Under the pieces are notes generated by a model. It had not been told where the DNA came from and did not search any database. It was given only the letters and a program-made list of their open reading frames with translations. A stretch of 64,000 nt of DNA from a virus (lineage: Duplodnaviria; Caudoviricetes). Below, piece after piece: positions 10,034 through 17,966 of this stretch. The number at the start of each line of letters is the position of its first letter. Positions within the stretch are counted from its first letter, which is position 1. The stretch covers positions 363 through 64,362 of the IMG/VR virus record IMGVR_UViG_3300013093_000048, one strand, 5' to 3'. The position numbers and the translations under genes were made by a program.

Positions 10034-10260
10034 TATTTCTTCTTTGCAGTTTTAGCTGATTTAATAAAGTCCGCTTTAGTAGGCGCACCTTTAGCTCCAA
10101 CACTACGCATTTTTTCACCAGAGCCAGCTTCAATACGTGCTTGCTTTTTATGAATATTTGCATAAAGGCCGACTTTGCCGCCTTTTTTAAGGACGGCGGG
10201 TTTATTAGCTTTTGGCTCTTTGGCAGGGTTAATATCCCCCATGCCACGAGAAGCTCTCAT
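10033..10260 (-). CDS. Small basic protein
   Basis: 75 aa; KKGGKV motif followed by GLYANIHKK. Confidence 0.75.
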   Translation of the reverse strand: MRASRGMGDINPAKEPKANKPAVLKKGGKVGLYANIHKKQARIEAGSGEKMRSVGAKGAPTKADFIKSAKTAKKK

Positions 10261-10466
10261 TACTTTTTGCCCTTAGCCATGCCGCCACCACACATCTTAG
10301 CAACTGCTTCGTGATGTGCCATATGACCAGCTTTGTGCTCCGCAATCATTTCATGTTGACCTTTATGGCCAGCAGAGTGTTTCATCATAGCTACATCGTG
10401 AGCTTCAAATTGAGGAAATTTTTCCACATCTTTAGCCATTGTCTTTGGTCCCATAACTTCTTTCAT
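10260..10466 (-). CDS. Small His/Met-rich protein
   Basis: Start at 10466 (ATGA overlap with upstream stop) preferred over track start 10508. Confidence 0.7.
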   Translation of the reverse strand: MKEVMGPKTMAKDVEKFPQFEAHDVAMMKHSAGHKGQHEMIAEHKAGHMAHHEAVAKMCGGGMAKGKK

Positions 10467-11092
10467 AGTACTTTTCCTTTTGTTAAACCACGTTGAGCAA
10501 TACCACAACCACGAACTTTACCACCAGCTTTTAACGTGATCTTAGTACCTTTACCGCCTTTATGTTCTTGAGCATCGTGCTCTTTGAACGCTTTCTTAAT
10601 CATAGCGATGTCTTGCTTTTTATCAGCAGCCATTTCTTTACGGTCATCAGCCTTAGATTCTTTTTCCACTTTGCCACCTTTTTTGTAAGCGTTGCCCATT
10701 TGGTCCATACGACCTTCTTCCATGCCTTTACGCGCAGCGTCGCCGCGGGAACCGAATACTTCATAATCTTTTTTAGCTTCAGCAGCTTTACCTTTTGCTG
10801 CGTTATCAGCATAGTACTTTTTCTGTTGTTCTGGAGTCATACCACCCTCTTTCATTCCAATGTATTTTGTTAACTCAGCCGCAGGAACGCCTTTAGACGA
10901 ACCCAAAACTCTGCCGTGTCTAGTTACATCACGGTTAATCATATTAACGCCACCTGCTGCAAACTTCTTGCCTTTATCTGCAGATAAAAACTCTTCACCC
11001 ACAGACTGTTTCATGCCTACTTTTTTAGCAAACTGTGGGTTTTTTGCAACAGCCGCCATAAAGTTGTGTTGTTTTTTAGAGACACTTGGCAT
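10463..11092 (-). CDS. Basic protein with repeated xxGG motifs (probable internal virion protein)
   Basis: FAAGGV, MKEGGM, YKKGGKV, LKAGGKV. Confidence 0.7.
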   Translation of the reverse strand: MPSVSKKQHNFMAAVAKNPQFAKKVGMKQSVGEEFLSADKGKKFAAGGVNMINRDVTRHGRVLGSSKGVPAAELTKYIGMKEGGMTPEQQKKYYADNAAKGKAAEAKKDYEVFGSRGDAARKGMEEGRMDQMGNAYKKGGKVEKESKADDRKEMAADKKQDIAMIKKAFKEHDAQEHKGGKGTKITLKAGGKVRGCGIAQRGLTKGKVL

Positions 11093-11529
11093 TATTTTTT
11101 ACCATGCTTTGATATGCCATAACCACGAGTTGCCAATTTACCAGCAACTTTACCACCTTTTTTGTACAAATGAGGGCGATCTAAACCGCTTTTATCATTT
11201 GGCAATACGCCAGATGACCCGCTACCAGTACGAGCAAATTTAGCTTTAGATGCTTTTACTTCATACGGCTCTAAAGAGTTCTTATCTGCGCGGTTGGGGC
11301 TTTCCATTTCATAATCAGCTAGCCTATTAGCGCTGCCGCCTTCAGGACGCGCTTGCTCACCAGCACGGGTAATTTTTGCACCAGGATATTGCGCTTCTAA
11401 ACTTGCTTCGCCTTTACCTGCTGCTTTTGCTATAACATTAGCGGCCTCTCCTTTAGCAGCATTCTCTCTAGCTAGGCCTTCTTTAAAAGAAATGCTAGGA
11501 GCTTTTTTAATTTCTTTTTCGTCACTCAT
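11092..11529 (-). CDS. Basic protein with YKKGGKV motif
   Basis: 145 aa; coupled to neighbours. Confidence 0.7.
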   Translation of the reverse strand: MSDEKEIKKAPSISFKEGLARENAAKGEAANVIAKAAGKGEASLEAQYPGAKITRAGEQARPEGGSANRLADYEMESPNRADKNSLEPYEVKASKAKFARTGSGSSGVLPNDKSGLDRPHLYKKGGKVAGKLATRGYGISKHGKK

Positions 11530-11786
11530 TTTACAAATTTCTCAAAAAGTGCCACGATTAAACCACCAAACAATACAGCCACTACGTTAACTACAGTGTG
11601 CATAGTCTTTTTGCTAGCGCGATCGTCTGATAACAAACGTTGAATTTCGGCTAGGCATTTCTTAACTTCTTCCATGTCTTGTACAAGTTTATCCATATCG
11701 GCCTGTAAATGCTTAATATCGTTAGCGTGTGTTGCCAGTTCTCTAGCAGTCACAATTTCCGGATCATTAATTTGCAGTTCCATCAT
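11526..11786 (-). CDS. Coiled-coil protein with C-terminal transmembrane helix
   Basis: Heptad pattern then VVNVVAVLFGGLIVALF; start inferred from ATGA overlap. Confidence 0.7.
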   Translation of the reverse strand: MMELQINDPEIVTARELATHANDIKHLQADMDKLVQDMEEVKKCLAEIQRLLSDDRASKKTMHTVVNVVAVLFGGLIVALFEKFVK

Positions 11787-12046
11787 TTTGATCCACAATT
11801 CCAGCGTTTTAAACTAGCTGCTTTTCTAGTTGGCCTACCTTTTTCGTCTTTCATTGGGCCAGGCATACCAGACATTCTTGCACAAAACGATTTTTTACGA
11901 GGACCACCTTCAGGTTGCGGAGCTTTTAGATGAGACCCTGTAGCCGCATTATATTTCTTGCGACCTTTTTCAGTGAGACCAGCCCCTTTCGAGACTGGTA
12001 GTTTCTCACCACGACCCACTGCGAGAGATGGATTCTTTTTAGCCAT
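11783..12046 (-). CDS. Small basic phage protein (DUF6321-like)
   Basis: GLTEKGR..YN, LKAP, RKKSFCARM, RWNC; true start 12046 rather than 12211. Confidence 0.7.
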   Translation of the reverse strand: MAKKNPSLAVGRGEKLPVSKGAGLTEKGRKKYNAATGSHLKAPQPEGGPRKKSFCARMSGMPGPMKDEKGRPTRKAASLKRWNCGSK

Positions 12047-12545
12047 ATTGAACTGTTTGGTAACTAATGTTAGTAACAACAATATATACACCTGTCTGTA
12101 CCAAAATACCTTCACCGGAGAAAATAACTTGGAATGGCTGTACCGCAGTACCAGTGTTGTAGCTAGTAACCCACTTACCAGTTGAATAAATACATGCTGT
12201 ACCACCAGCAATCGTGCCAGAGTTTAAATCCGTAATAGTAAATGTATTGGCGCCAGTAACAGTAACTACGTAGTTTCCAGCAACAGCTGAAACGCCAGAC
12301 GCGGCGGCATAAGTAATACCGATATTTTGACCAGTAGTTAAACCGTGCCCTGTACTTGTTACTGTAACAGTTGTACCTGAACGAGCATATGTAACTGTTA
12401 CCGGAGCTGTTGTTGTATCAAAAACGTCAATACTACCAGCGGTGCCATTGCCTTGATATATCAAGTTTTTAAGGCGAACGCGCCCAGAAACCATAAGGCC
12501 CGTGCCGCTACTGTGCGACGATTTTACATCAAATTGCATTGTCAT
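12039..12545 (-). CDS. Virion structural protein
   Basis: 168 aa, Thr-rich, RBS AGGAGA. Confidence 0.65.
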   Translation of the reverse strand: MTMQFDVKSSHSSGTGLMVSGRVRLKNLIYQGNGTAGSIDVFDTTTAPVTVTYARSGTTVTVTSTGHGLTTGQNIGITYAAASGVSAVAGNYVVTVTGANTFTITDLNSGTIAGGTACIYSTGKWVTSYNTGTAVQPFQVIFSGEGILVQTGVYIVVTNISYQTVQYG

Positions 12546-12564
12546 AATTAATCTCCTAAATTTT

Positions 12565-12585
12565 AAAAAGGGGTCCGAAGACCCC
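12565..12585 (-). terminator. Intrinsic terminator with C(UUCG)G loop
   Basis: Minus strand GGGGTC-TTCG-GACCCC-TTTTT after gene 12595-13290. Confidence 0.85.
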
Positions 12586-12594
12586 CGGGATTAA

Positions 12595-13290
12595 TTAGTC
12601 AAAGTTACCATATGGGTAAGCAGTTGTAGAACCAATGTTGCCATCAGGTTGTGTGTAGTTAAGGTTAAAGTACATAGTGCCAGCAGAAATAGTTGTCATT
12701 GATGTACCAACCAAAGCCACAGTAAATACAACTTGTGATAATGTTGCAGGCTGTTGAGGTTGAGTAATATCAGCTGTAGTAGCTTGTTGGTTAGCCAACT
12801 GAGTGCCTGTAAATGTAGCCAAAGACTGACGACCAACTGCAGGAGAGGTCAAAACAGCAGTATTAGCATACGCGGCAGTACCAGCGGCTGCTGTGTAACC
12901 GTTAGAAACCAATACTTGAACAGAAGTCAAAGTACCGGCAGCAACAGTTGGAACTACGCCGATATCAACAATAATATCAGTAATACGGCATCCAACTGGA
13001 ACATAAGCAACAAAACCACGATAGATATTAGTTGCGCTATCGGCAGGGATAGAAGCTGCTACAGGTGGGTATGTAGAGCTGGATGGGCTGTAAACAACCG
13101 CATTAGTGTTAGGGATATTGTTTGAACCTACAAATTGTTGCGATGCACCAGCATAACCAGCGGTAGCATTAGTAGTGTTTGTAAGAGTTAAAGCTGCGGA
13201 TTGGTTTAAACGAGCGTAACCAACGTCACGCAAAGCGCCAAAACGGTTATCGCCCGATAGAATTGGGCCTTCAAAGGTAGAACGTGCCAT
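12595..13290 (-). CDS. Virion structural (capsid-associated) protein
   Basis: 231 aa, starts MARSTFEGPILSG; has its own promoter and terminator. Confidence 0.65.
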   Translation of the reverse strand: MARSTFEGPILSGDNRFGALRDVGYARLNQSAALTLTNTTNATAGYAGASQQFVGSNNIPNTNAVVYSPSSSTYPPVAASIPADSATNIYRGFVAYVPVGCRITDIIVDIGVVPTVAAGTLTSVQVLVSNGYTAAAGTAAYANTAVLTSPAVGRQSLATFTGTQLANQQATTADITQPQQPATLSQVVFTVALVGTSMTTISAGTMYFNLNYTQPDGNIGSTTAYPYGNFD

Positions 13291-13304
13291 AATAAGTTTT
13301 CCTT

Positions 13305-13372
13305 ATGCAAAAGTTCACTTATACCAATCGTTGCATCGTCTGCTGGGACAGTCCGGTATAAGCATTACCCAG
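13305..13372 (-). ncRNA. Structured leader RNA (two hairpins with kissing loops); possibly the Mu-gpT-DE motif
   Basis: CTGGG/CCCAG, ATGCAA/TTGCAT and crossing CTTATACC/GGTATAAG pairings; family name recalled from context, not verified. Confidence 0.6.
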
Positions 13373-13380
13373 TTGCTGTA

Positions 13381-13407
13381 AGTATACACTTTTTTTAATA
13401 TTTGCAA
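13381..13407 (-). promoter_or_regulatory. Promoter, -10 TATACT within AGTGTATACT
   Basis: -10 at 13381-13386; TTGCAA only 15 bp upstream, so the -35 is uncertain. Confidence 0.55.
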
Positions 13408-13463
13408 CATAATTTTTGGGTAAAATAAGTTAAATTCGATAAATATTTGGGGGGCTATGGAAA

Positions 13464-13952
13464 ATGCAGTTTACAGTAAAAAAAGTAGATATAAGAAACC
13501 CCTCAATACAGAATCTGTTGCTCTATCTTCAGAAGCAGATATTGCCAGCCGACCAACCATACGAACCGACTCGGGGTCATTGGTGGATAGCCTATGCAGA
13601 GAATGGGAAGCCCGTCGCTTTTGCGGGTCTGGTGCGCTCGACGAAATGGACAGATACAGGTTACTTATGTAGAGCTGGTGTGCTTGATGGTTTTACTGGG
13701 CATGCTCTACAGCTGCGATTAATTAAAGCTAGGTTGGCCCAAGCCAAACGCTTAGGGTGGAACTGGTGTATCACGGATACAACAAATAACCCAGCTTCAG
13801 CTAACTCCCTTATCAATGCAGGGTTTAAGATATACAATCCTGCTAACAAGTGGTCCTTCCGTAACGCAATCTACTGGAAATATAAAGTTAACCAAGATGC
13901 CGTACAAAGACAAGAGCGTAAGAGTCGCCAAGCACAAGGAGTACAGCCGTGA
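13464..13952 (+). CDS. GNAT-family acetyltransferase
   Basis: GKPVAFAGL, YLCRAGVLDGFTGHALQLRLI (acetyl-CoA loop), NPASANSLINAGFK. Confidence 0.8.
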   Translation: MQFTVKKVDIRNPSIQNLLLYLQKQILPADQPYEPTRGHWWIAYAENGKPVAFAGLVRSTKWTDTGYLCRAGVLDGFTGHALQLRLIKARLAQAKRLGWNWCITDTTNNPASANSLINAGFKIYNPANKWSFRNAIYWKYKVNQDAVQRQERKSRQAQGVQP

Positions 13953-14247
13953 ACATTACTTACGTAACAAAGAACGCTTACTAGTAGCAAATACAAAATA
14001 CAAACAGAAAAAGTGGCAAGAGTGGAAAGACTATAAATCAAGCCTATGCTGCGCGCAGTGTGGGTTCAGCCATATAGCCGCATTAGATTTTCACCACGAA
14101 GATCCGACTACAAAAGAATATGATGTTAACCGCCTAATATCAAATGGGCAGTTTAAGAAAGCAGAAGAAGAAATAAAAAAGTGTATAGTCCTATGCGCTA
14201 ACTGCCACCGAATACACCACTACAATGAAAAAAACCCAGCCTTGTGA
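13897..14247 (+). CDS. HNH endonuclease
   Basis: CAQCG, LDFHHEDP, LCANCHRIHH; start MPYKD at 13897 preferred. Confidence 0.85.
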   Translation: MPYKDKSVRVAKHKEYSREHYLRNKERLLVANTKYKQKKWQEWKDYKSSLCCAQCGFSHIAALDFHHEDPTTKEYDVNRLISNGQFKKAEEEIKKCIVLCANCHRIHHYNEKNPAL

Positions 14248-14259
14248 GCTGGGTTTTTT
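14228..14259. terminator. Bidirectional intrinsic terminator
   Basis: A7-CCCAGC-loop-GCTGGG-T6 between convergent HNH and capsid genes. Confidence 0.85.
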
Positions 14260-14275
14260 ATTAGGAACATTCCGA

Positions 14276-15187
14276 TTAGAATGAACCGCTTGAGCCCCAG
14301 ACTCCGAGTGGGTCTGACCAGCCGAAGCTGTAACGCTCACGAGACTTGTAACGAACGTTACCAGTATCGAAGTCACCATCCATAGAATTCTGGAGTGGTG
14401 TACGCTCAAACATTTTCAAGCCGTTTGGAACGTCGGTTAACAAGAACCATGCGTTTGTGTCGGTCAAGAAGTGGTTAACAGCGTAGCCTTCTGGGATTGT
14501 GCCATTGTTTTTCAATGCGTTGATATCGTTGTTGTTTGTACCAACACGGAGGTTAGTTTCCAACAGACGAGTAGCAACGAACATCAAAGCAGGTGGGATC
14601 ACCAGTTTGCGTGGCTTAGCAGCGATCAAGAGACCGCGCTCATCAGTCCAGGCAGCGATTTGAATTGTTGCGGCTTCCAAAGAAGTCTCGTTCAAATCAA
14701 CAGGGGTAGCAGCAGTATTGCTGTTTGTACCGCCGTTTACCAATGGATGAGCTGTAGAGAACAATGCAACACCGTCGCCACCGAGGTAGCTAGAGCTGAA
14801 ACCGTTATTCAATACAGAAGCACCTTTAACTTGCTTGGTGTAAGACATAGCGCGAGCCAATGCTTTGGTGTAACGAGCAGACAAAGAGTCATACAAGTTA
14901 TCTTCAATCGCTTCTTCAGTGATTGAGAAGCCCAAAGCGATAGTTTCGTGTGAGTAGCGAGCTGTAAAAGCTTCTTGTGCATTATCGTAAGAAATTGCAC
15001 CGCCTTCATTCTTAACCGGAGCGGCTGAGAAACCAGACAGTTTTGTCTCTTCTTCAAATGAACGCTCAGAGGCTTCGATCTCATAAATCTCTTTATGCTC
15101 TTCGCCATAGCGCTTGTACTCTAAACCGAACAACGCGTTTAGTCCTGGGAGTAACTCTTTTAAGAGCTGTGAACGTGAAATAGCCAT
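14276..15187 (-). CDS. Major capsid protein (Mu gpT-like)
   Basis: MAISRSQLLKELLPGLNALFG, KLVIPPAL, RERYSFGWSDP; follows scaffold and decoration genes. Confidence 0.9.
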   Translation of the reverse strand: MAISRSQLLKELLPGLNALFGLEYKRYGEEHKEIYEIEASERSFEEETKLSGFSAAPVKNEGGAISYDNAQEAFTARYSHETIALGFSITEEAIEDNLYDSLSARYTKALARAMSYTKQVKGASVLNNGFSSSYLGGDGVALFSTAHPLVNGGTNSNTAATPVDLNETSLEAATIQIAAWTDERGLLIAAKPRKLVIPPALMFVATRLLETNLRVGTNNNDINALKNNGTIPEGYAVNHFLTDTNAWFLLTDVPNGLKMFERTPLQNSMDGDFDTGNVRYKSRERYSFGWSDPLGVWGSSGSF

Positions 15188-15202
15188 GTTATAGCTCCTT
15201 TA

Positions 15203-15859
15203 TTAGTTAGATGTACCAGCGGACTGATAGTACTGATGCACGCCAAAGTTCAACTTAACGATGCAATCGGTATATGCGTCACCGGGGTTAGAAGGGAAGT
15301 TGCCGCCGAATGTAGAGCTGGAGTTAACCAAATCAACAATCTTAACAGCCAACGCGTTTGTGTTAGCAATAGTAGCTGACAATGCAACAACTGAGTTACC
15401 AGAAGTGCTATTACCAGTTGTAGAGCCTGTACCAGCAGTAAAGTTTGCCAAAGCAACTGTTTTGCCGATTGAGCCGTAGCCAACAGAACCCAAAGACTGT
15501 ACTTGATACAGTTGATCTGGATCTTCAACAACGCGGATGAAAATGTTGGTGTAACCAGCTGTCACAGCGTTTGCAGGTAAATACTCTGCATACAAAGGAT
15601 AGCCAAGTTGCTGACCAGATAACTGGTAGCGAACGCCAACGCAAACACCAGCAATACCAGCAGAGCTAGTTGTTGGGGTTGCAGCTACAACAGTTGGTTG
15701 TCCAGCAACGGACGCGCCTAATTGCACTAAGTCGCCAGTGTAAATTGGCGCAGTGTTGTTAGTAGTCAGTAAATACTCGCGGATTGTGCCGCCAGTGAAG
15801 GATTGACCACCAATCAGGCTAACAGGTTTTAGTCCATAAGGACTTGATACTGTAGACAT
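15203..15859 (-). CDS. Capsid decoration/cement-like protein
   Basis: PYGLKPV, IYTGDLV, EDPDQLY; immediately upstream of the capsid gene. Confidence 0.6.
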   Translation of the reverse strand: MSTVSSPYGLKPVSLIGGQSFTGGTIREYLLTTNNTAPIYTGDLVQLGASVAGQPTVVAATPTTSSAGIAGVCVGVRYQLSGQQLGYPLYAEYLPANAVTAGYTNIFIRVVEDPDQLYQVQSLGSVGYGSIGKTVALANFTAGTGSTTGNSTSGNSVVALSATIANTNALAVKIVDLVNSSSTFGGNFPSNPGDAYTDCIVKLNFGVHQYYQSAGTSN

Positions 15860-15880
15860 AAAGGTCTCCTAAAAAATTAA

Positions 15881-16333
15881 TTAACGTGTACCACTTCCGA
15901 AGCCGCCACCCTTACTTACTGTGCTTTTACGCTCACTATATAAAGGCATACGTGCATCGTTATTACGCATGAAATGGTTATCAACCGAATCCATCTGATT
16001 TTGTGCTTGTGACTCGTAGTACTCTTTTTGTGCTGCGAGCTGCTCAGTTAAGATTTTGCACAAGATCAAACCACCGATCTCTACATTTCCGTTTGGATCG
16101 CCCACAATCATAAGTTCTGGATGATCCACTGCTTTAACCGGTACCCAACCATCACGAAACTTTTGGGAAACGTTAGTTGGAACCGCTTGTCCTAATACCT
16201 CTTTAGCGACCCATCTGAAGCTATAACCAGGTTCTGGAGTAGGATCAGGGAGAGTTGCCGCTGGGCGGTAAACTGGACGGGTTGAAGCTTTTTCGCGATT
16301 CTCGAGATCGCGTGAGTTACGAGTATTAGCCAT
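15881..16333 (-). CDS. Head morphogenesis protein of unknown function
   Basis: PGYSFRWV, RDGWVPV, GGLILCK; position in the head module. Confidence 0.65.
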   Translation of the reverse strand: MANTRNSRDLENREKASTRPVYRPAATLPDPTPEPGYSFRWVAKEVLGQAVPTNVSQKFRDGWVPVKAVDHPELMIVGDPNGNVEIGGLILCKILTEQLAAQKEYYESQAQNQMDSVDNHFMRNNDARMPLYSERKSTVSKGGGFGSGTR

Positions 16334-17297
16334 TACGGGCCTCCTGTTTTAAAAATTCCTTAGCATACAATTCACGTGGGATACCTAACTTGTCAGCGAG
16401 AGCCGCTTGGGTTGCTGTAAGTTTGATAGTTTTCTTTGCTCCCGTTGAACGGGTAGCAGAAGCCACGACTGTTGCCGGCTTTTTACTAGGTTCACCGGTT
16501 CTACGGCTAGCTGGTTCGTCATCCTGAAGCAAATCAGGGAACACAGACTTTAAGCGAGAATCAATTTTCTCGAAGTATTCTTCACTACGCGGATCGAAAC
16601 CCGTGGCAACCAATTTTTGATGCAGGCCTAATGCAAAAGCCGTCATCTCTTCGTACCCAGGAGAACCGAACCACTGGTTTTTTGCTTGCCAGCGCAAGGT
16701 TTTTTCGTCGGGTTTGGGTACATCTGGAGCCGTATGTTGTATTTGTACATCATTTTCTTGAGCTTGTAAAGTACTTGGACGAAAATTTTTTGCTGCTTCA
16801 ATTTTCATCTTAGCTTCAGTCAGCGCTTCTTGTGCTGCTAGAAGGGCTTCAGAATCGTACTCTTCGGACGCTTTTTTGAACTTATCACGTGCACTATTTA
16901 ACTCGGCCTCAGCTTTTTCGCGCATCATTTCCTGATAGGAAGTCTCGCCAGACTGAACGTACTGCTTCAGTTTTTTGTTTTCTTCCAAGGCTTGTTGCGC
17001 TAAACGAATGGCTTCTTCACGTTCGCGTTGTGCTGCTTCTTTTGCACGGCGCTCGTCATGACGGGCATGGGTAAGCTCTTTAATACGGGATTGAACGCCT
17101 TTAGTGTAGCCTTCGATCTCTTCGTCAGAAGGATCTTCAACATTACGGTTTAAGGGCTGGGCCTTGCGGTCTTGTTCAGGGGTATCGTCTTCAACAACGA
17201 TATCCGCCTCAATAACATCGCCTTCGGCAGTTACATCTAATTCGACATCCGGTTTTTTGTCGAAATCGTCTTGCTCATCCGGAAACTGATACGCCAT
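16326..17297 (-). CDS. Capsid scaffolding protein
   Basis: Acidic N-terminus, long coiled coil, C-terminal LTATQAALADKLGI..YAKE. Confidence 0.7.
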   Translation of the reverse strand: MAYQFPDEQDDFDKKPDVELDVTAEGDVIEADIVVEDDTPEQDRKAQPLNRNVEDPSDEEIEGYTKGVQSRIKELTHARHDERRAKEAAQREREEAIRLAQQALEENKKLKQYVQSGETSYQEMMREKAEAELNSARDKFKKASEEYDSEALLAAQEALTEAKMKIEAAKNFRPSTLQAQENDVQIQHTAPDVPKPDEKTLRWQAKNQWFGSPGYEEMTAFALGLHQKLVATGFDPRSEEYFEKIDSRLKSVFPDLLQDDEPASRRTGEPSKKPATVVASATRSTGAKKTIKLTATQAALADKLGIPRELYAKEFLKQEARNG

Positions 17298-17311
17298 ACT
17301 TGCTCCTTATT

Positions 17312-17764
17312 TTAAGCGCGGGTAATTCCGCGGGGGTCTTCGACAACTGCTTCTACTTGGTCATCGTAGATTACTCGAAACTCTTTTCCATAAATCATGA
17401 TCCTGGTTCCCGTATAAGGACGAGTAATTACAAAATCGCCCTCTTTACACCAAGCACCTGTTGGAAATTTAGCCTCATCTTTGTATGCCAGATCGCCCAT
17501 TTTTAAGACAAACAAGACTGGAGATGTTAATTCTTCAACCTTTTTTGTTTCATCTGCCTTAATGATTCCGCTGTCGTATTGATCTGCAACCGTTACTAAC
17601 GAGCACAAAATCCTCCAACCGCGGGGTTCTGGTAACTGCTTTGCCATCTGTGCCTGAACTTCTTCAGGTGTTGGCTCTGCTACTTCATTTACTGCTTCTA
17701 GCGAATGCAAACTGCCATCCGGTAATACTAGCCCTTGTGGGGGTAAAGCGATGGTGTCACTCAT
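17312..17764 (-). CDS. groES: GroES-like co-chaperonin
   Basis: PRGWRIL, SGII, VLKMGDLAY, KEGDFV, GKEFRVIYDDQVEAVV. Confidence 0.85.
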   Translation of the reverse strand: MSDTIALPPQGLVLPDGSLHSLEAVNEVAEPTPEEVQAQMAKQLPEPRGWRILCSLVTVADQYDSGIIKADETKKVEELTSPVLFVLKMGDLAYKDEAKFPTGAWCKEGDFVITRPYTGTRIMIYGKEFRVIYDDQVEAVVEDPRGITRA

Positions 17765-17966
17765 CGTTGTCTTCTTTCATGTGGTCAGCGAGGTCAAGTA
17801 AGTGGCGCTCTGCAAACGCTAGGCCTCGAATCACGCCGCAGAGCTCTTTGTATTGGTCAAAACTTGTGCACTGTCCGTTTGCCAAATCGTCAGTGTAGTT
17901 ATTCATATCTGTGCGCAACTTATCACGCATTGCGGCTATGAAATCAGCCGTGAGTAGGTCCATCAC
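17757..17966 (-). CDS. Small protein between portal and GroES
   Basis: 69 aa; YKELCGVIRGL. Confidence 0.7.
   Translation of the reverse strand: MMDLLTADFIAAMRDKLRTDMNNYTDDLANGQCTSFDQYKELCGVIRGLAFAERHLLDLADHMKEDNDE

Noticed and set aside
17312-17764. GroES without GroEL as a novelty
   Set aside because: Stand-alone co-chaperonins are well known in phage head modules
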